Positions 23,762 to 37,575 of a stretch of 64,000 bases of DNA are shown piece after piece. The position numbers and the translations under genes were made by a program. The stretch comes from Vermamoeba vermiformis. Lineage: Eukaryota. Within the stretch, counting starts at the first letter, position 1; the number at the start of each line of letters is the position of its first letter. Location: contig JBEWZL010000030.1 in NCBI GenBank assembly GCA_045837725.1, positions 124,001-188,000 of the forward strand, in the 5' to 3' direction. Under the pieces are notes generated by a model. That model saw only the letters and a list, made by a program, of their open reading frames with translations, did not search any database and was not told the origin of the DNA.

Positions 23762-26700
23762 TTAGTTGTGATCACTGAGGGAGTTGGATCTGGAAGAGAC
23801 ACTCAAGTTCGGATTGGACATTGGTGAGAGCAGCGGTGAGGCTTGAGGATTGGGACTGTGGCCACCAGTCTCTTTGTCCTTACTGGGCTCAGGTTCAGAC
23901 GAGTCGAGATCAGCCCACAAACAAATAGTGCGGTCCACAGAGCCTGACCACACAATGTTCATGTCACGTCCTTCTTGCTTCTCGCTCAGCACTGCCATGC
24001 CCAGCACTGCGTCGTTGTGTTCGAAGCAGAGCTCGTTGAGCATTTCACCAGTCTTCGTGCTCCAAATGATGAGTGACTTGTCGTCTGAGCACGACCACAC
24101 ATTGTTGCCAACGGCTTGCAGCAAGTTCACTGGATCGCTGTGCCCTTGCATGGTACGCACTTGATCGCATCGTACCTGCTGAGAATTGTTAGCACAACGG
24201 TCAGAGATTCGAATACTTATAGCTACTCACCCCGACACTCCAGACAATGATGTTGGAGTCACTTGATGCAGTCCACACTTGATCACCGACGACTAACATG
24301 CTAGTAATGATGCCTTGATGGGCCTCGAAGATGTCGACAAACTTGAATTTGTTGGTGATGCGCACGAGAATGCGATCAGAGCCAAGCCAGATCTGACCTT
24401 GCTCTTTCAACTCGACGATAGAGTTGACCGAGTGCAGCACGATCTCTTTGGGCAATTTGATCTCTTTCTTCAACTTGCACTTCTTGGCATTGTACAAGCG
24501 CAGTCTGCCGAAAGAAGTGCCTGCGAGAATGTGCTTGTTTGTGGACAACAAGGTGAGGGACAAGACCTCTTCGCCGTCAGCACTCTTCCAGAACGATTCT
24601 TTGTCCTTGTTCTGAGTGTGCCGTGTCAATAATTGAGCATAGAACACACACAACATGGCGATACTTACGGTAACGTTCCACACGGCCAAGGAGCCATCGG
24701 CTGCGGCAGACCAAACATGAGTGCCGGTGCAGATCATTAAGTGCACGCGATTGGAGTGAGCCCTGAAGACAAGTAGTTAGTAGGACACTAGTAAAGCAAT
24801 TGCACCAGTAACATACTTGAATGACTTGTTGAATGTACCACGAGAGCTCCACACGGAGATTGAGCCATTAGTAGCTCCGACCCACACTTCAGCTTCGCCA
24901 TTAGGTAGCGGCACTTTGACTAGCGATGTAATGCCAGCATCAAGATTGAGCTCAGTGTCCAATCGACCCAAGAACTGCGAAGAGCTGCGCGTGTCAACAT
25001 CAGTACTTTCGCGCACAGGAGCTACAAGCTGCAATATTGGCTCGCTCTTCTCGCGGTCGGTAATGGGGGCAGGGGGCAAGAGCACTTCAGGGAAGTATTT
25101 GTCGCGAATGTCACGCAGTCTCTTGTAGACTTGCTCGAATGTAGGACGTTTGGTGCTGTCACCGACCCAACAGTCCTTGACCACTTGAATGTACTCGGGG
25201 ACGCGTTGATATTCAGGGCCTTCAGGGATTGGTGGACGATGGCCAGCAATGATCTTCTCTTCAATGTCACTCAAGAACTTGAAGTCACCAAAGTACTGTT
25301 GACGGGTCAGCAGCTCGTACAAGATGACACCAAATGAGTAGACGTCTGCTTTTTCAGTGTACTCTTCTTCGCGCAGCACTTCGGGTGCTAACCAAACTGG
25401 ATTGTCGACTTCACGACCAGCGAGTGTTGGTGCCAAACCCGAAAGACCAAAGTCTGTAACCTTGGCGACGATTGGTGCATTTTCACGCTCCTCGTTCGAT
25501 TTGTGAATCAACAGAACGTTTGGAGACTTCAAGTCGCGGTGAATGATTGGCGGGTGCGAGCTGTGCAAGAACTCGAGACCAGCTGCCATGTCGAGTGCGA
25601 TCTTGATGCGCAGAGGCCAAGAGATTTCGTTGACTTTGCTTGAAATGTCATTGCCGTCACTGCCTTCACGGACATCGTGAATGAACTCGTAGAGATTTCC
25701 ACCAGCCAAGTACTCAGTGACGACACAGAGCGGGTCCATGACAAGACCCTTGAGCTGCACAATGCAGGGGTGACTCAATGTGCTCATAATCCAGACCTCG
25801 CGACGGAACTCGGCGAAAGCTTTGGAAAGCGTGTCTTCATCGAGTGACATGCCAATCATGTCTTCAGCCTTGATGCGCAACTTCTTCACGGCCACGTGAT
25901 TGGTGTTCCATTTGCCGCGGAACACAACTGCAGCACCACCTTCACCAATCTTCTCGGCAAGTTCGATTTCAGAGAATTCAATCTTCTTGCCCTCAAAGTA
26001 GGTCATCGACAGGTCAGGTACCAAGTTCTCGATACGGATTGGACGCACGGCGTGACAGTACACGAATGACCCCTTCATGGCAGCTTCTTCGCACTGTTCT
26101 TTCGGGAAGTAGAAGGGATTGAACGTCTTCTCGCGCATGCAATGAATGCACGGCACTTGCACATTGACGTTGATCTTGAAGATGCGAATCAAGGTCTCAA
26201 TGGTGGCAATGACGTCGCGGTACAAGTTGACTTCACCTGCAGCACGCACAGTCACATCGAGCACTTTGATGTGCGGGAACACTTCAACGAGCATTGCTTC
26301 GCGCTTGTCTGGCGTTTGAATCAAAATACCATTGCGCCAGTAGATGTTGGTTTCGCAGAAGTGCAACAAGCGCACCATGAGACGCGAGAAGAAGCCTTGA
26401 GGAATGAAAGAGAAGCTGAATCGACGGCCATATTGCGGACCATCAATGAAGCGGGGCCACAATGTATCCAACTCCACGGGACGCTTTTCAGGCAACAAAG
26501 CAGGGATCAAGCTTTGACCGTCCTTGTAGAAGTCAGGTTCTTGCGAGCTGTTGCCGCCTTGTTCGCTCAACTTCTTGCGATAGCGCGCTGCTGTCAAGTT
26601 GAACGAAATTTCAAACTTCTCGAACAGCGCGACAAACTGCTTGTGCAAGTACTCGGGGAACTCTGGCGGCCTCCAGATTTGCTTCAAGTGAATGTGATAG

Positions 26701-29700
26701 AGAATACCTTCTCTGGCAAAGTTGTGCTTGGTGGTGATGATGCTGGACATGAACTTGGTCAAGTACTGCGGATCCAGAATGACAATCTTGTTCAAGCTCT
26801 CCTCCTCTTCAAAGTAGATCAGCGAGCCAGTTTCGTGCAAGAAGCGCGTTGCTCGCTTCAAACTCTCTTCAGACCGAATGTTGCACGACTTGGCCAACAG
26901 CGCATATTCGTCCCAAGCAATGGTTGGTGGACTGCGCTTTGAACGCTCCTTCTCAACCAATTCTTCGAGCAACAAATAAGATTGCGGCAATTCCTCGCCC
27001 ATGTGACTTTGTTGCGCAACAATGCGCTCAATATCGCTCTTGAGCTGCGAGATGTTCTTGCCCGTCAAGGTGGACACCACGGCAATTGTCTTTATGTTGG
27101 GGAATCTCTTCTTGTACTTGCTCTGCAGTTTAGCCATGACAGTCTTGACATTGACATCCTTAGGCAAGCAGTCAAGATGCGTGCCAACGAGCACAATAGG
27201 GGCAGAGCTGACACGTGACTTGACCGACTGCAGCCAGAACTCCACTTTGGAGAGCTCTTCGTCTTGTGCCAGATTCCACACGACCAAATAAATGGCTCGC
27301 GCTGACAAGAAGAACTGATGTGTCGTGTAGTAAATCTCTTGGCCGGCAAAGTCCCACACGCTCAATGTGACTGTGTTGGTCGTCGGTCGCAAGTTGGGCG
27401 TGTTGATTTGGAACGACCAGTTCTCGATATCAATGCCGTCCGTGGAGAGCGGAGGCTTGACTGCTACCTTAGTCACCGCTTGGACAGTGTTTTTCTTGGT
27501 CTTCTTGAGTGCACCCAACAAACTCGTCTTGCCGACGTTCTCTTGACCAACAAGCATCAGTTTCATTCTGAAGCAGGGACGAGTGCCGTCCAACATATCA
27601 GTCAAGTGCTTCAGAATGGCGTCCTTGTCCTTGAGATGTGGCGGGTAGTTCAGCTTGTTGCCCTCAAGTTCTAATCGCTCCAAGCTCTCGCTCAGAATGC
27701 CCAGTGTTGAAGGCAGGGCTGTGATGCCGTTGTCTTTGAGACTGAGCAGTTTGAGCTTGGTCAACTGACCCAGAGAGTGCACATTGGCCAGTGTAACAAT
27801 TTTGTTCTTGCTCACGGTCAACTCCTCCAAATTGACCAAGTTACCAATGTCTTGGTGCAGCTCGTCAAGAGAGGCGTTGTCCAAATACAGTCGCTTCAAG
27901 GTACGCATCTGAGTGACGCAGTCGGGAATGACGTGCAAGTTGTTGGTGTCGAGCTTGAGTTCTTCAATCTGTTTGAGGTCCTTGAACTCGGCAGGCAAAG
28001 TGGTCAATTTGTTAGTGCTCAACACCAGTTTCCTATAATCGGTTAGCCATGCTTTGAAACACCTGTTGTAACACTTACTTGATATTGCTCAATTTGCCAA
28101 TTTCAACAGGTAGTTCGGTCAAACCACACTCTTCGAGACTGAGCACTTCCAACTTGCTCAACTCGCCAATCTTCGGTGAGATGTACTCGATTCGTTGACT
28201 GCCCATCAACAGCTTCACTAGACCGGTGAGCTCGCCAATTCGATCGGGAATATTTGAGAAGTCGTTCTTGCTCAAGTCCAGCACCTCCAAGGAGTTCATT
28301 TGGAAGAAGTCTTCGGGCAGAACTTGCAAACAGTTGGTGCCGAGGCCTAACACGCGCAAGTTCTTCAGCTTGGAGAAGCCCTTGGGCAAGACATTGATCT
28401 TGTTGCAACGAGCGTCCAACACCTCCAAGTTGGCCAAACGTTCAATGCTCGCTGGCAGCTCAGAAATGTTGTTGTTTCGCACACGCAAGATACGAAGTGA
28501 GGGGAACTTGGTGATGGCCTTGGGCAACACTCTCAGCTTGGTGAAGTTGAGATTGAGCTCTTGCAAGCCAATCAAACTCTGTGCCAGCATAGCCATGTAC
28601 TCCTCGTGAATGTGGAAGATTGGATTGTGACTCAAAATCAAGCTTCGAATGGTTGTCATATAGATGAGATGATACGGCAGTCTGTTCAACTGATTGCGTG
28701 CCATATTCAACTCTTGCAGTGCATTGTATCGCAGCACTTCAATGGGCAAGGAGAACAACTCGGCTCCAGCGAACTCCAATTGCGGGTTGGAGATGCCATT
28801 GTTCGCCATGTGATAGTTCATCTTCTTCAACTGTCGCTTGGCACGTTGATTGTAGCGCAAGTAGTACTCATTCCACACCTTGTAGTTGTAGAGATCAATG
28901 ACGGGCTCCAATTGTAAGTCCCGAGAGGTCTCGCGATAGAAGGGATTGATGAAGTCCTCGGGGTTGTAATTGACGGAGTGCCATATCGAGGGCGTGACTG
29001 TCTTTAAGACCTCACGATCTCTGTCGTTGTTGCACAAGAAAGTGCCAAACTGACAGCTGTACATCTCGTCGAGCAGGTGCATCAAGAATCGCTCGTTGAA
29101 TTCAAAGTGGCGCGGGTACTGCAACATCAACTGCCACAGTGCTTCAATGAACTGCAAGAAGATGGGCGACTTTTCGTTGGCTACTGGATCATCCGACTTC
29201 AAGTGCCCGAGAGATCGTGCGAATGGGAAGCTGCCAATAGTGTTAGCTGCTATGTCGATTGTACCTTCATAGTCTTTACATACCCGTAAGCGATCCATTC
29301 CTTCTCAATCAGCACTTCAAAGCCCTCCAGTGTGCGGTAGTAACCGTCGCTGAGAATGAGTGCCAGCGATGCAATGATGAAGTCCGTGTCGTTGTTCACT
29401 GGATGCGTCAACACGACATTGCCTCGCTCGAGTAACTTGCTGGTCTGTGAGGCAGCGTCCATGAGCCTCAACATGACATCAGCCCACTGATTGTTGTTCA
29501 ATTCAATGGGTCGGTTCTTGTTGGCGGCACCGTTGATCAGCGGATTGTATTGGAATGTGTTGAACAGATCGGTCATTTCTTTGTTGTTGGGCAGTTTGAA
29601 GAACTCGGTCTTGATACCGGGATAGCCTGCCTCGTATGTGCGTGCATCCCCGGGATCAACCATGCACAATATGCTCGATGTGCTGCACTCGAGGACAGTC

Positions 29701-31601
29701 TCGAACAGCTTCATGTCGTCAAATCGTTTCTTGGAGACATCACCGCTGTTCACGAGGTCGTAAGTGTAGTCGGGCTCATCAGCTCGCAACAGATATGTTT
29801 CGCGACGAGGATTGCGCCACGACACGACTGGAAATCTATTGCGTGAACGGCAGCGAGAGAAGCGCTTCAAATCGTCTTCAGTGATGTTTGACGGCACAAT
29901 GATTTTGCCGGGGTACGAGTAACACAACTTGTAGCTGCTGTTAGCTGTGGACACCTTCCACTGTCCCTCGTTGCTCATAAAGCCTTGACGACGCCACTCG
30001 CGCTCGCAATCATACACGTCCCAGCCAACACTGTCACCAAAGTCTCGTCTAATGAACATATTAATATCGATGTGGCATGGCCTTGAAGTCTTACTTGTTG
30101 TGGAATGCAAACAGCTGCGCGATGTTCGTGCACATGCGTTGACAGTGCGTGATGAACAGCTGCAGTGAAGGTGTGGCATCGAACTCAAATGTGCGGGTCT
30201 GAAAGTCCTTGCAGTGCAATTTGAGTGAAATCGCTTTGGGTCTGTTCGAGCGCGGTGTAGTCGTGTGTCCGACCCACTCCTGCGAGTTGATTGCACTCAA
30301 TGGCACCCAGCTGAGCCATGGACCAACAAAGTCCGTGTTGTTCACTTTCTTGTTCTCAATGCGCACTGCATTCTCGTAAAACAAGCGCAAGTTGGTGAGC
30401 CACAAGTTGCCACCGACAATCGGAATTTCACCCCACGACACGCGGTACTCGCGGTGAATTATCTTCTCGCCTGGATATAATTGTGGCAGTTGAGGTTCAT
30501 GCAGCTATTAAACTTGGTAAGTACTTGTATGGTGCATATGACAGATGCACTTACACAGCCCATGAAACTGTCTTCGTCGGTGCTGTCAACCTCTTGGATC
30601 AAGTACTGCAGCACTGCGATGACCATGAATTGATCGCGACTGACATCACCCTGAGAGCGCAAGATGATTGGTCGGAAGAACTTTGCAATCTCATAGAAGT
30701 TGCTGTCAGCTGGCTGTTTGTAGCGCCAATGTCGCATGAGATCCAACAATCTTCGCAAAACGGATTTGTTTTCTTGCGGCAATTTATCCAAGACAGACAC
30801 TAACTTCGTGGCTACGTGCAATCTGTTAGTACTGAGCATTATTATTGAACTATTCGATGACTTACTAGCATTAGAATTGAATTCATAATAGAGACTTGAC
30901 AGGATCACTGGCTCGGGCAGAGCTTCAAGATAGCTCTTTAATACTGCTGCCACTACGCGTGCATCTGACTTGTCTGTAAATATGGCTCCTATTTTGACTG
31001 TTAACACTCTACTCGTCGACATCTGTCTGCCAACGTACCTTGCTTGCTTTCATATTTACGAATAGCTTTCTCGACACTTTTTTCGGAAGGTTCGCCATTC
31101 AACACAGTTTCCAGAGAGTATTCTATTAATAAAACAATTGACAAGGGAACAAACGTTAAAAATCGCCCATCCGTAAATTTCAATTAAAAAATCAAATAAA
31201 ATTTAAATAACCTTACCATGACTCAATAACCATGACACTGTATCTTCTATTACAATAGGCACATCTAAAGCTGGATTGCCAATATTTATGGCGAGTAATA
31301 AACTTGAACCGAACAATTTTTCTTTTTCCTCATCAGCTTGCGCGGCACTAACTATGCTATTAGTGGACGCTATTTTTTTTGTGTTCGCTAATGATGACAA
31401 ATCATTCGCTGAAGATGAGGGTGTCATAGAAGTCGGATTCTGATTTGCTTTTTTAATTTTGATAGCTGCAGCTGGAGTTATTTTTGGTGGAGGGTTCTTC
31501 TTTGGCTTATCTGTTCCTTTAGTAGTATATGTGACTGGGGGAACTAGCTTGCTACTCGAGTCAGTAGACGGTTTGAGCTTTGTAAGATCCCCCTCTGACA
31601 T
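23762..31601 (-). CDS. Pats1-like Roco protein: RhoGAP-like, GRAM/myotubularin, LRR, Roc GTPase, COR, TKL kinase, WD40-like
   Basis: Roc GQENVGKT and WDFAGQ; COR LDPQYL; kinase GEGG, HRDLKSPN, DFG; many LxxLxLxxN repeats; myotubularin LIEKEWIAYG and SPIFLQFIEALWQL; RhoGAP-like LKSYLEALPEPV. Confidence 0.92.
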
Positions 31602-31784
31602 GGCGGACTACAGTTCTATATACCAAATATAAGTGTATCAAGAACTGCCTGTAAGTCCTCTCGTTGTCAGATTGATTGAGCTCTTTAAACAACTGTTTAT
31701 TAATTTTGTGACACAACCAAATAACGGCGCTCACGTGTCACCAACCAAAGGTAAGCACAAAAGGTATGTTTTTCTTTAGTGAAG

Positions 31785-33742
31785 TCAAATCTGTACAATG
31801 CCTTGACAACCGACAGCGACTATGCAACCAATTAGCTAACGTTATATAATTGTTATGTACTAACCTCCTTCTTTCGTTGCTAATCCACTCACTTTTCCTT
31901 CGCTAACTGACTTTGTTGTGCAAAGAATTGCAGTAATTTCGGAGGTCCATGACAGCGGGACAGAACTTCGATGAACGGACCAAAGCCAATGCACGACTTG
32001 ATGGACACCCCGAAGAATCCCTAGCGAAGTGAATTAGCATCCCCTTTGTACTAGCTAGTGATGATAGCCCTCTTACTCTATGTTCAACCAATTGTTTCAC
32101 GCCATTCCAATCTTTAGCACGTGATCGAGCTAGCAACGAAGTGTACAAATAGCGCTTCTCGGTCACTTTAATTGCTTTTTTCAGCGCGAGGGGTGATCCC
32201 ACACGCTCCACTGGGTCGTTGGGGTGATAAAACAAGACGTAGAACAGCGTGTTGGCGAGAGGTTTGTGGATCACTGTCTCGCGCGGGTATCGTTGAAACA
32301 CTCGGTCTGTGTGCGCCAATTGCGAGTCTACGTTCTGTTGCAGGACATTAGTGACACCAAAACATACGATGGGCTCGTCATTACCTCAATTTTAGCTTGA
32401 CGAGTCAACAACTCAATTTGATCCTTCACTGCAGGGATGTGGCTCTTAAACAGTGCGGCGTGTTTGTTGAAGAAATCGAGACACGATTGCAGCGAGGTTA
32501 CACGTGCTGAGGTCTGTGGGATAATTAGTAACGCCATTGTAGTGACGCCCACTACTCACGTGCTGTTGCATGTAGGCCTGCAGCAACATCGTTTTGCCTT
32601 GATTGTAGGGCTGATTGAGCGAGTGATAGATCCATATTAGCTCGGTGTAGTTGAAGCGTGCTTTGAGGAAGTTGAGATACATGTGCAGCGCTGCTTGTTT
32701 CTCATTCAACAAGCCGATGAACAGTGACATGGACAAGGTGCGCTGTTGCGGATTAGATCTGAGGAGCATTCAAAGGGCGCTCAATATTACCTTCAAATAG
32801 AGTACGGTGTTTAACAGTGTGTTCGAGTCCTGTGCACGCACTGCAGCATCGAGCAGCCGTGCCTTGGCAGAGTAACTCTTCAAGTGATCGATCGGATACA
32901 CTGCACCCTTGCGCATCAATTTGATGACTGTTGTGGGACTGGCCAAGTCCAAGTCACTCAGCTCGTCTTCTAGGCGTTGCTTGTCCGCTAAGAAGTAGAA
33001 CAGTCAATGACCACAAGCAGTCATATTTAATGATCTTAAACGCACCTTGCAGCTCGTGTATCATTGCTATCAGCTGCTCCTTGCTGAGTGCGTTCAAATC
33101 GCCGTCACTCGTCGGCACTTCACTGCTCGAAGTGTCGTGTTTGGAGCCACGGCGCCGTTCATCTTCAGGACTAGCCGCCATGGCTGAATAGAGCTGTGCC
33201 TCTTGTGCGCTAAGTGTTGCAATCAGCTCGTGTGTGGGTGTCATTTCATCGCTCGTACTCGTCTCTGCTACTTGTTCCTCTGCAGTGTCAGCAGCACCAA
33301 CCTCAGCTCTTGAGGGTTCAGGTGTTGAGGGCTCATCATTAGCTGCAAGCTCAGGCAATGGTTCAACGGACTCCTCGCGCTTCGTGGTGTGCAAATGTCG
33401 CTTCAAATCGAGCTTTGGTGTGTCCAGTAACGGCGAAAAAAATGCTTTGAGATCTGGGATCTGATTCTGCGAGTAATCCAAATTTTCTTGTGATATTGAT
33501 GTGCTTAATATATTTGGATTATTTGTGCTATTATTGGTGCTAGTTGGAGCTGGGGTTGTTGCCTGTTTGCTGGTGGAAGTTGTATTGCTTGCTTTATTTG
33601 AGGTGCTGTCAGTCAGTTTAGCTGTGCCATTGCTCTTAGCTAAATTATATAATTAGTTAGGTTAATAATTCGAGATGAATTCAGATCTCTTTGTAATTGC
33701 GTGTCACTAACGAAACTTGCCTAAAGCACCAAGCGGATCCAT
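31785..33742 (-). CDS. VIPAS39/SPE-39 (VPS16B)-like protein
   Basis: SPTTVIKLMRKGAVYPIDHLKS...LLDAAVRAQDSNTLLNTVLYLK and LKKAIKVTEKRYLYTSLLARSRAKDW resemble the SPE-39/Vps16_C region. The 3' end is approximate. Confidence 0.7.
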
Positions 33743-33878
33743 TAGCACTTGTCTATACAAATGTACCTAATGCACCTGCATACTATAATTATGGTAGTAA
33801 GTCTTGTATGGAGTGGCGAACGAGATTGAAAGAAAATGACGAGACAATCTCCAGTTGGAAATTAGCGCCAGTCGAGCA

Positions 33879-35960
33879 ATGAGCACTACCACAGAACAAG
33901 CAGGATTGAACAATTCGAGTGCTCAAGTAGCAAATAAAGAGGCTAATGCGGCTACTGAGGGCCAAGATCTCTGGCGCCAGCTGTTAACTGATTCGACCAC
34001 TACAAGGGATGCAATCGCGCAAAAACATTTATCGCTGTTAGGTATGCATATTTATTGTCCATTATGTCTATTTGTAGTCGATAACAATAGTCATTAATTT
34101 AAATTGTAATTTTTAAAAAAATGTAATTTACCAAATATCTTCGATTAAATAACAATACTGACAATACTAAACATTAATAATTATTGTGTTATAATAGGCA
34201 CCAATAACAGCGGCAAATCCTCCTTGCTCGCCAAATTGCAAGGTTTAGATGAAACAGAAAGGACAAAACCAGTGGCCCTCGATTACAATTATATTGACGT
34301 ATTCGCCGATGAAGTTGATGGTGCGTGCATGAATATGAATTTATAATTAAGTGCTTGGCTATTGAATATTGACTCGTTTTGTTGCGAAATTTAACCGTTC
34401 TTAGCCGTAATGTTCATAATTATAAGACGAATTAATGCAAGTCTGTCAATGCTAAGTATGATCTGTTATTAGACGATCCTATCACGCGCATTCACGTGTG
34501 GCAAGCTGAAGGTGATCCAGAGCGATTAGATCTGCTCAAATTCGGTCTCAACGAAGAGAATGTCGATCACGCAGCAGTGTTGATATGTCTCGACTACTCC
34601 TCGCCCTGGACACTGCATCAACAGCTCACGCAATGGCTCGGCGTTGTCAAGCAACACATTGCCTCGCTCAACCTGCCTGAAGATCGACTTGAACTCGCTA
34701 AAAAACGAGGTAATACGGCTGACTGATTATGCAACGCATTGCATACGATACACGTTGTGTTTTGACATCTGTCACACCAATGTTGTGCGAGTGACATCTT
34801 GACTGACACTTTTGACACTTTACAGTGGCGCTGCAGTTTCAACAATACGCCGAACAAGGCGAGGGCAAGAAGAAAGGCCCCGTGCGCACTGATGTGGTGA
34901 GTAGAGCTGTTGAACTGTCGGTAGTGGTGGTGGTACTAATCGTCATTAGCCGCTACAACCTCTGCCTGAAGGTGTGTTGACGCACAACCTCGGCGTGCCA
35001 GTGGTCGTCGTGTGCACGAAGAGCGATGCCGTGGAGAGCTTGGAGAAAGACTACGGCTACAAAGACAGTCACTTTGAGTTCATTCAACAACACCTGCGCC
35101 GCACTTGTTTGCAATGTGAGTGCGACACATGTCTTCAATAGCACTAGTATTAACAGACACACAGACGGTGCTAGTTTGATATATTCATCGATCCGCAAAG
35201 AAATCAACGTGGATCTGTTGCTGCAGTACTTGCAATATCTCTTGTTTGGCATGGAGTTCAATCACAATCCACAGCTCATTCAGCGCGATGCAATTTTTGT
35301 GCCTGCTGGCTGGGACTCGCTTAACAAAATTGAGGTATGAAGTGTTAATATACTGATACTAGACTTGTCATAGTTCTAACTCTGAAGCAGATTGACTTTA
35401 AAAATCAAAAGTTGACCACCAATCCAAACGAAGAGTTTGAAAAGATTATCACAGTGCCCCTCGCACACAACCCAATCGAATCAGCGCGTGACACGAGTGT
35501 GTTAATCACGTGCGATGAAGATCAACAGTTTTTACAGCGCAATCTGGACTACATCGAGAAAGAAGACGCGGGCTTGAAGGGCTCAGGCGGCGCTAAGAAA
35601 CCAGTTGGTGATCTGTTTGACTCGCTCAAGAAGTTTGGTGGCATTTTGAACCAATCCACGGTAAGAATGATTGTTTTTAATTGTGGAAGTGACATTTCTG
35701 ATCTGTCTCCGCAGCCACAAACTGGCGCGAGTGAAGAGACCCCTGCCCCAAGTGAACAACCAGCTGCTGCACCACAACACGCGCGTCGAGAAAGTGACGC
35801 GTCAGCGAAGAACGAGCACGCAGTTCTGGCGAGCTTCTTCAACAGTCTGATCAACAAAAAGAAACCCGATGCCAAGTCCGCTGAAACACGATCTAATGCT
35901 GAGCAAGAGCTATCTAAACTCACGCGTCCTCGTGGTCAGTCCAAGACGACACAACAGTAA
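33879..35960 (+). CDS. Cytoplasmic dynein 1 light intermediate chain
   Basis: DLWRQLL, P-loop [55 protein letters not shown] and C-terminal helix [10 protein letters not shown]. Confidence 0.93.
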
Positions 35961-36061
35961 TGCGGATGACTTTTTTAACAGCTGTCAAATGCACTTTTGT
36001 AAATAAGGTTCTGTTTTAATACGATGCTCTTGCGTTTATTTACAGAGTCGAGGAGACGATG

Positions 36062-37512
36062 TTATTTTACAATGCACTGCTCAGTGAATGATTTGACGAG
36101 CTTGTCACGATCGAGATTGACACCTGTCATCGCCCAGCGGTTGACACGCGGCACATCACCCCAGGGCAAGGAGGTAGGCCGCACATCGAGTGCTGAGTGC
36201 ACTGCTTGCGCGAGACAAGGTGACTCGTGACCCTTGACTGCGAGCCTGGCCTTAGCACGCCAGACAGTGCCATTGGTGGACTGCTCGTCCTGCGCCCAGG
36301 ACCACTCACCGAGCCATGCTGCAACGACCTCTTCGCTGATCACCTCGCCAGGCACTTCAAAAGCTACTGCATTGACTTCGCGAGCTGTGTGCGACTCGTG
36401 TTTGTGGTCGTGATGATGCTCTTCAGCCTCCAACGCTTTGGCGAGTTGTGGATCTACTTCAGTCAGCCTAGCACACCGTTAGCCATGGATACTAGTGCAC
36501 CGGCACAACTACATACCGATCAAAGCTGAATGCCCCCACACTGGTGATGAGCTCTAGTGGCACTCGCGACCTCACTGACTCTAATACCGTCGCTGCAGGG
36601 TTGATGTCAGCGATGGTCTCTCTGAGGCGCGCAATATCTTCGCGCGTCAACAAATCACACTGCAAGCACGTCAGTTAATTGTGCAATGCAGTCACTCTCT
36701 CACCTTATTCAACAGCACTCTGTCTGCGAAGGCTATTTGTCTGCGCGCTTCAAAGCCTGCCTCACTCGTCAGCTCACGCTCAAAGTTCTTGCCGTCGACC
36801 ACTGTCTGACACGTGTCAATCCGAGTGCACCACTAGTCAGTACTTACAATAATGCTGTCGAGATAGATGTCACTCTCTAACTCGTCGTCAAGCCACAATG
36901 AAGCTGCAAGTGGTCCTGGATCTGATGACGGGCTTAGCCACGAAGACCTATTTAAATAAGCGACGCACCTGCTAGTCCTGTAGTCTCTATAAACACGTGC
37001 TCAAACTTCTCTTTGCTTTGCACTAACTTTTCAAGCGCTTGAACGAGTTCGGTACTGTTGTATTGATTAATAACAAGACACGCCCTTGCAATGCTTAAGC
37101 AAGCTAGCTATGAAATTTCGTACCGCACAGTACAACACACGCAACCTGTCCCAGTACATTAGCAACACGCACAATTATTGCATATCGTGCGTACCATTAG
37201 GGAGTTCCATCCACTCAGGTCCTGTCTCGCCCTTCTTTTCAAACAAAAATTTTCCTTCGCCGACAGCTGTCGATCCAACAATTGGTATCATATATCACAA
37301 TAATAATACGTCTTACTCTCTCCAAATTCGTTCAAAATTATCGCATATTTTTTCCCGTGATTTTCTGTGATCAAGTAATTGAGGAAAGTCGTCTGTCAAG
37401 TGGATCTGTCAATTCTACGCTAGTACAAAAGGCTGCGATTTATCATTACCTTGCCGGCACCAAGAAATCCAGTGAGCAATGTCACAGGTACTCGTTTGTT
37501 GTTGTCTTCCAT
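36062..37512 (-). CDS. COG0523/CobW family GTPase (ZNG1/CBWD-like zinc chaperone)
   Basis: VPVTLLTGFLGAGK, WMELPNGCVCCTVR (CxCC), ETTGLA/DPGP, His-rich HHHDHKHESH and a CobW_C-like end. Confidence 0.92.
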
Positions 37513-37575
37513 TTCAAAATTGTAAACAAAAACTTACGTCACGATCCACAACAACACTGCTTAACTAAAAATTTA

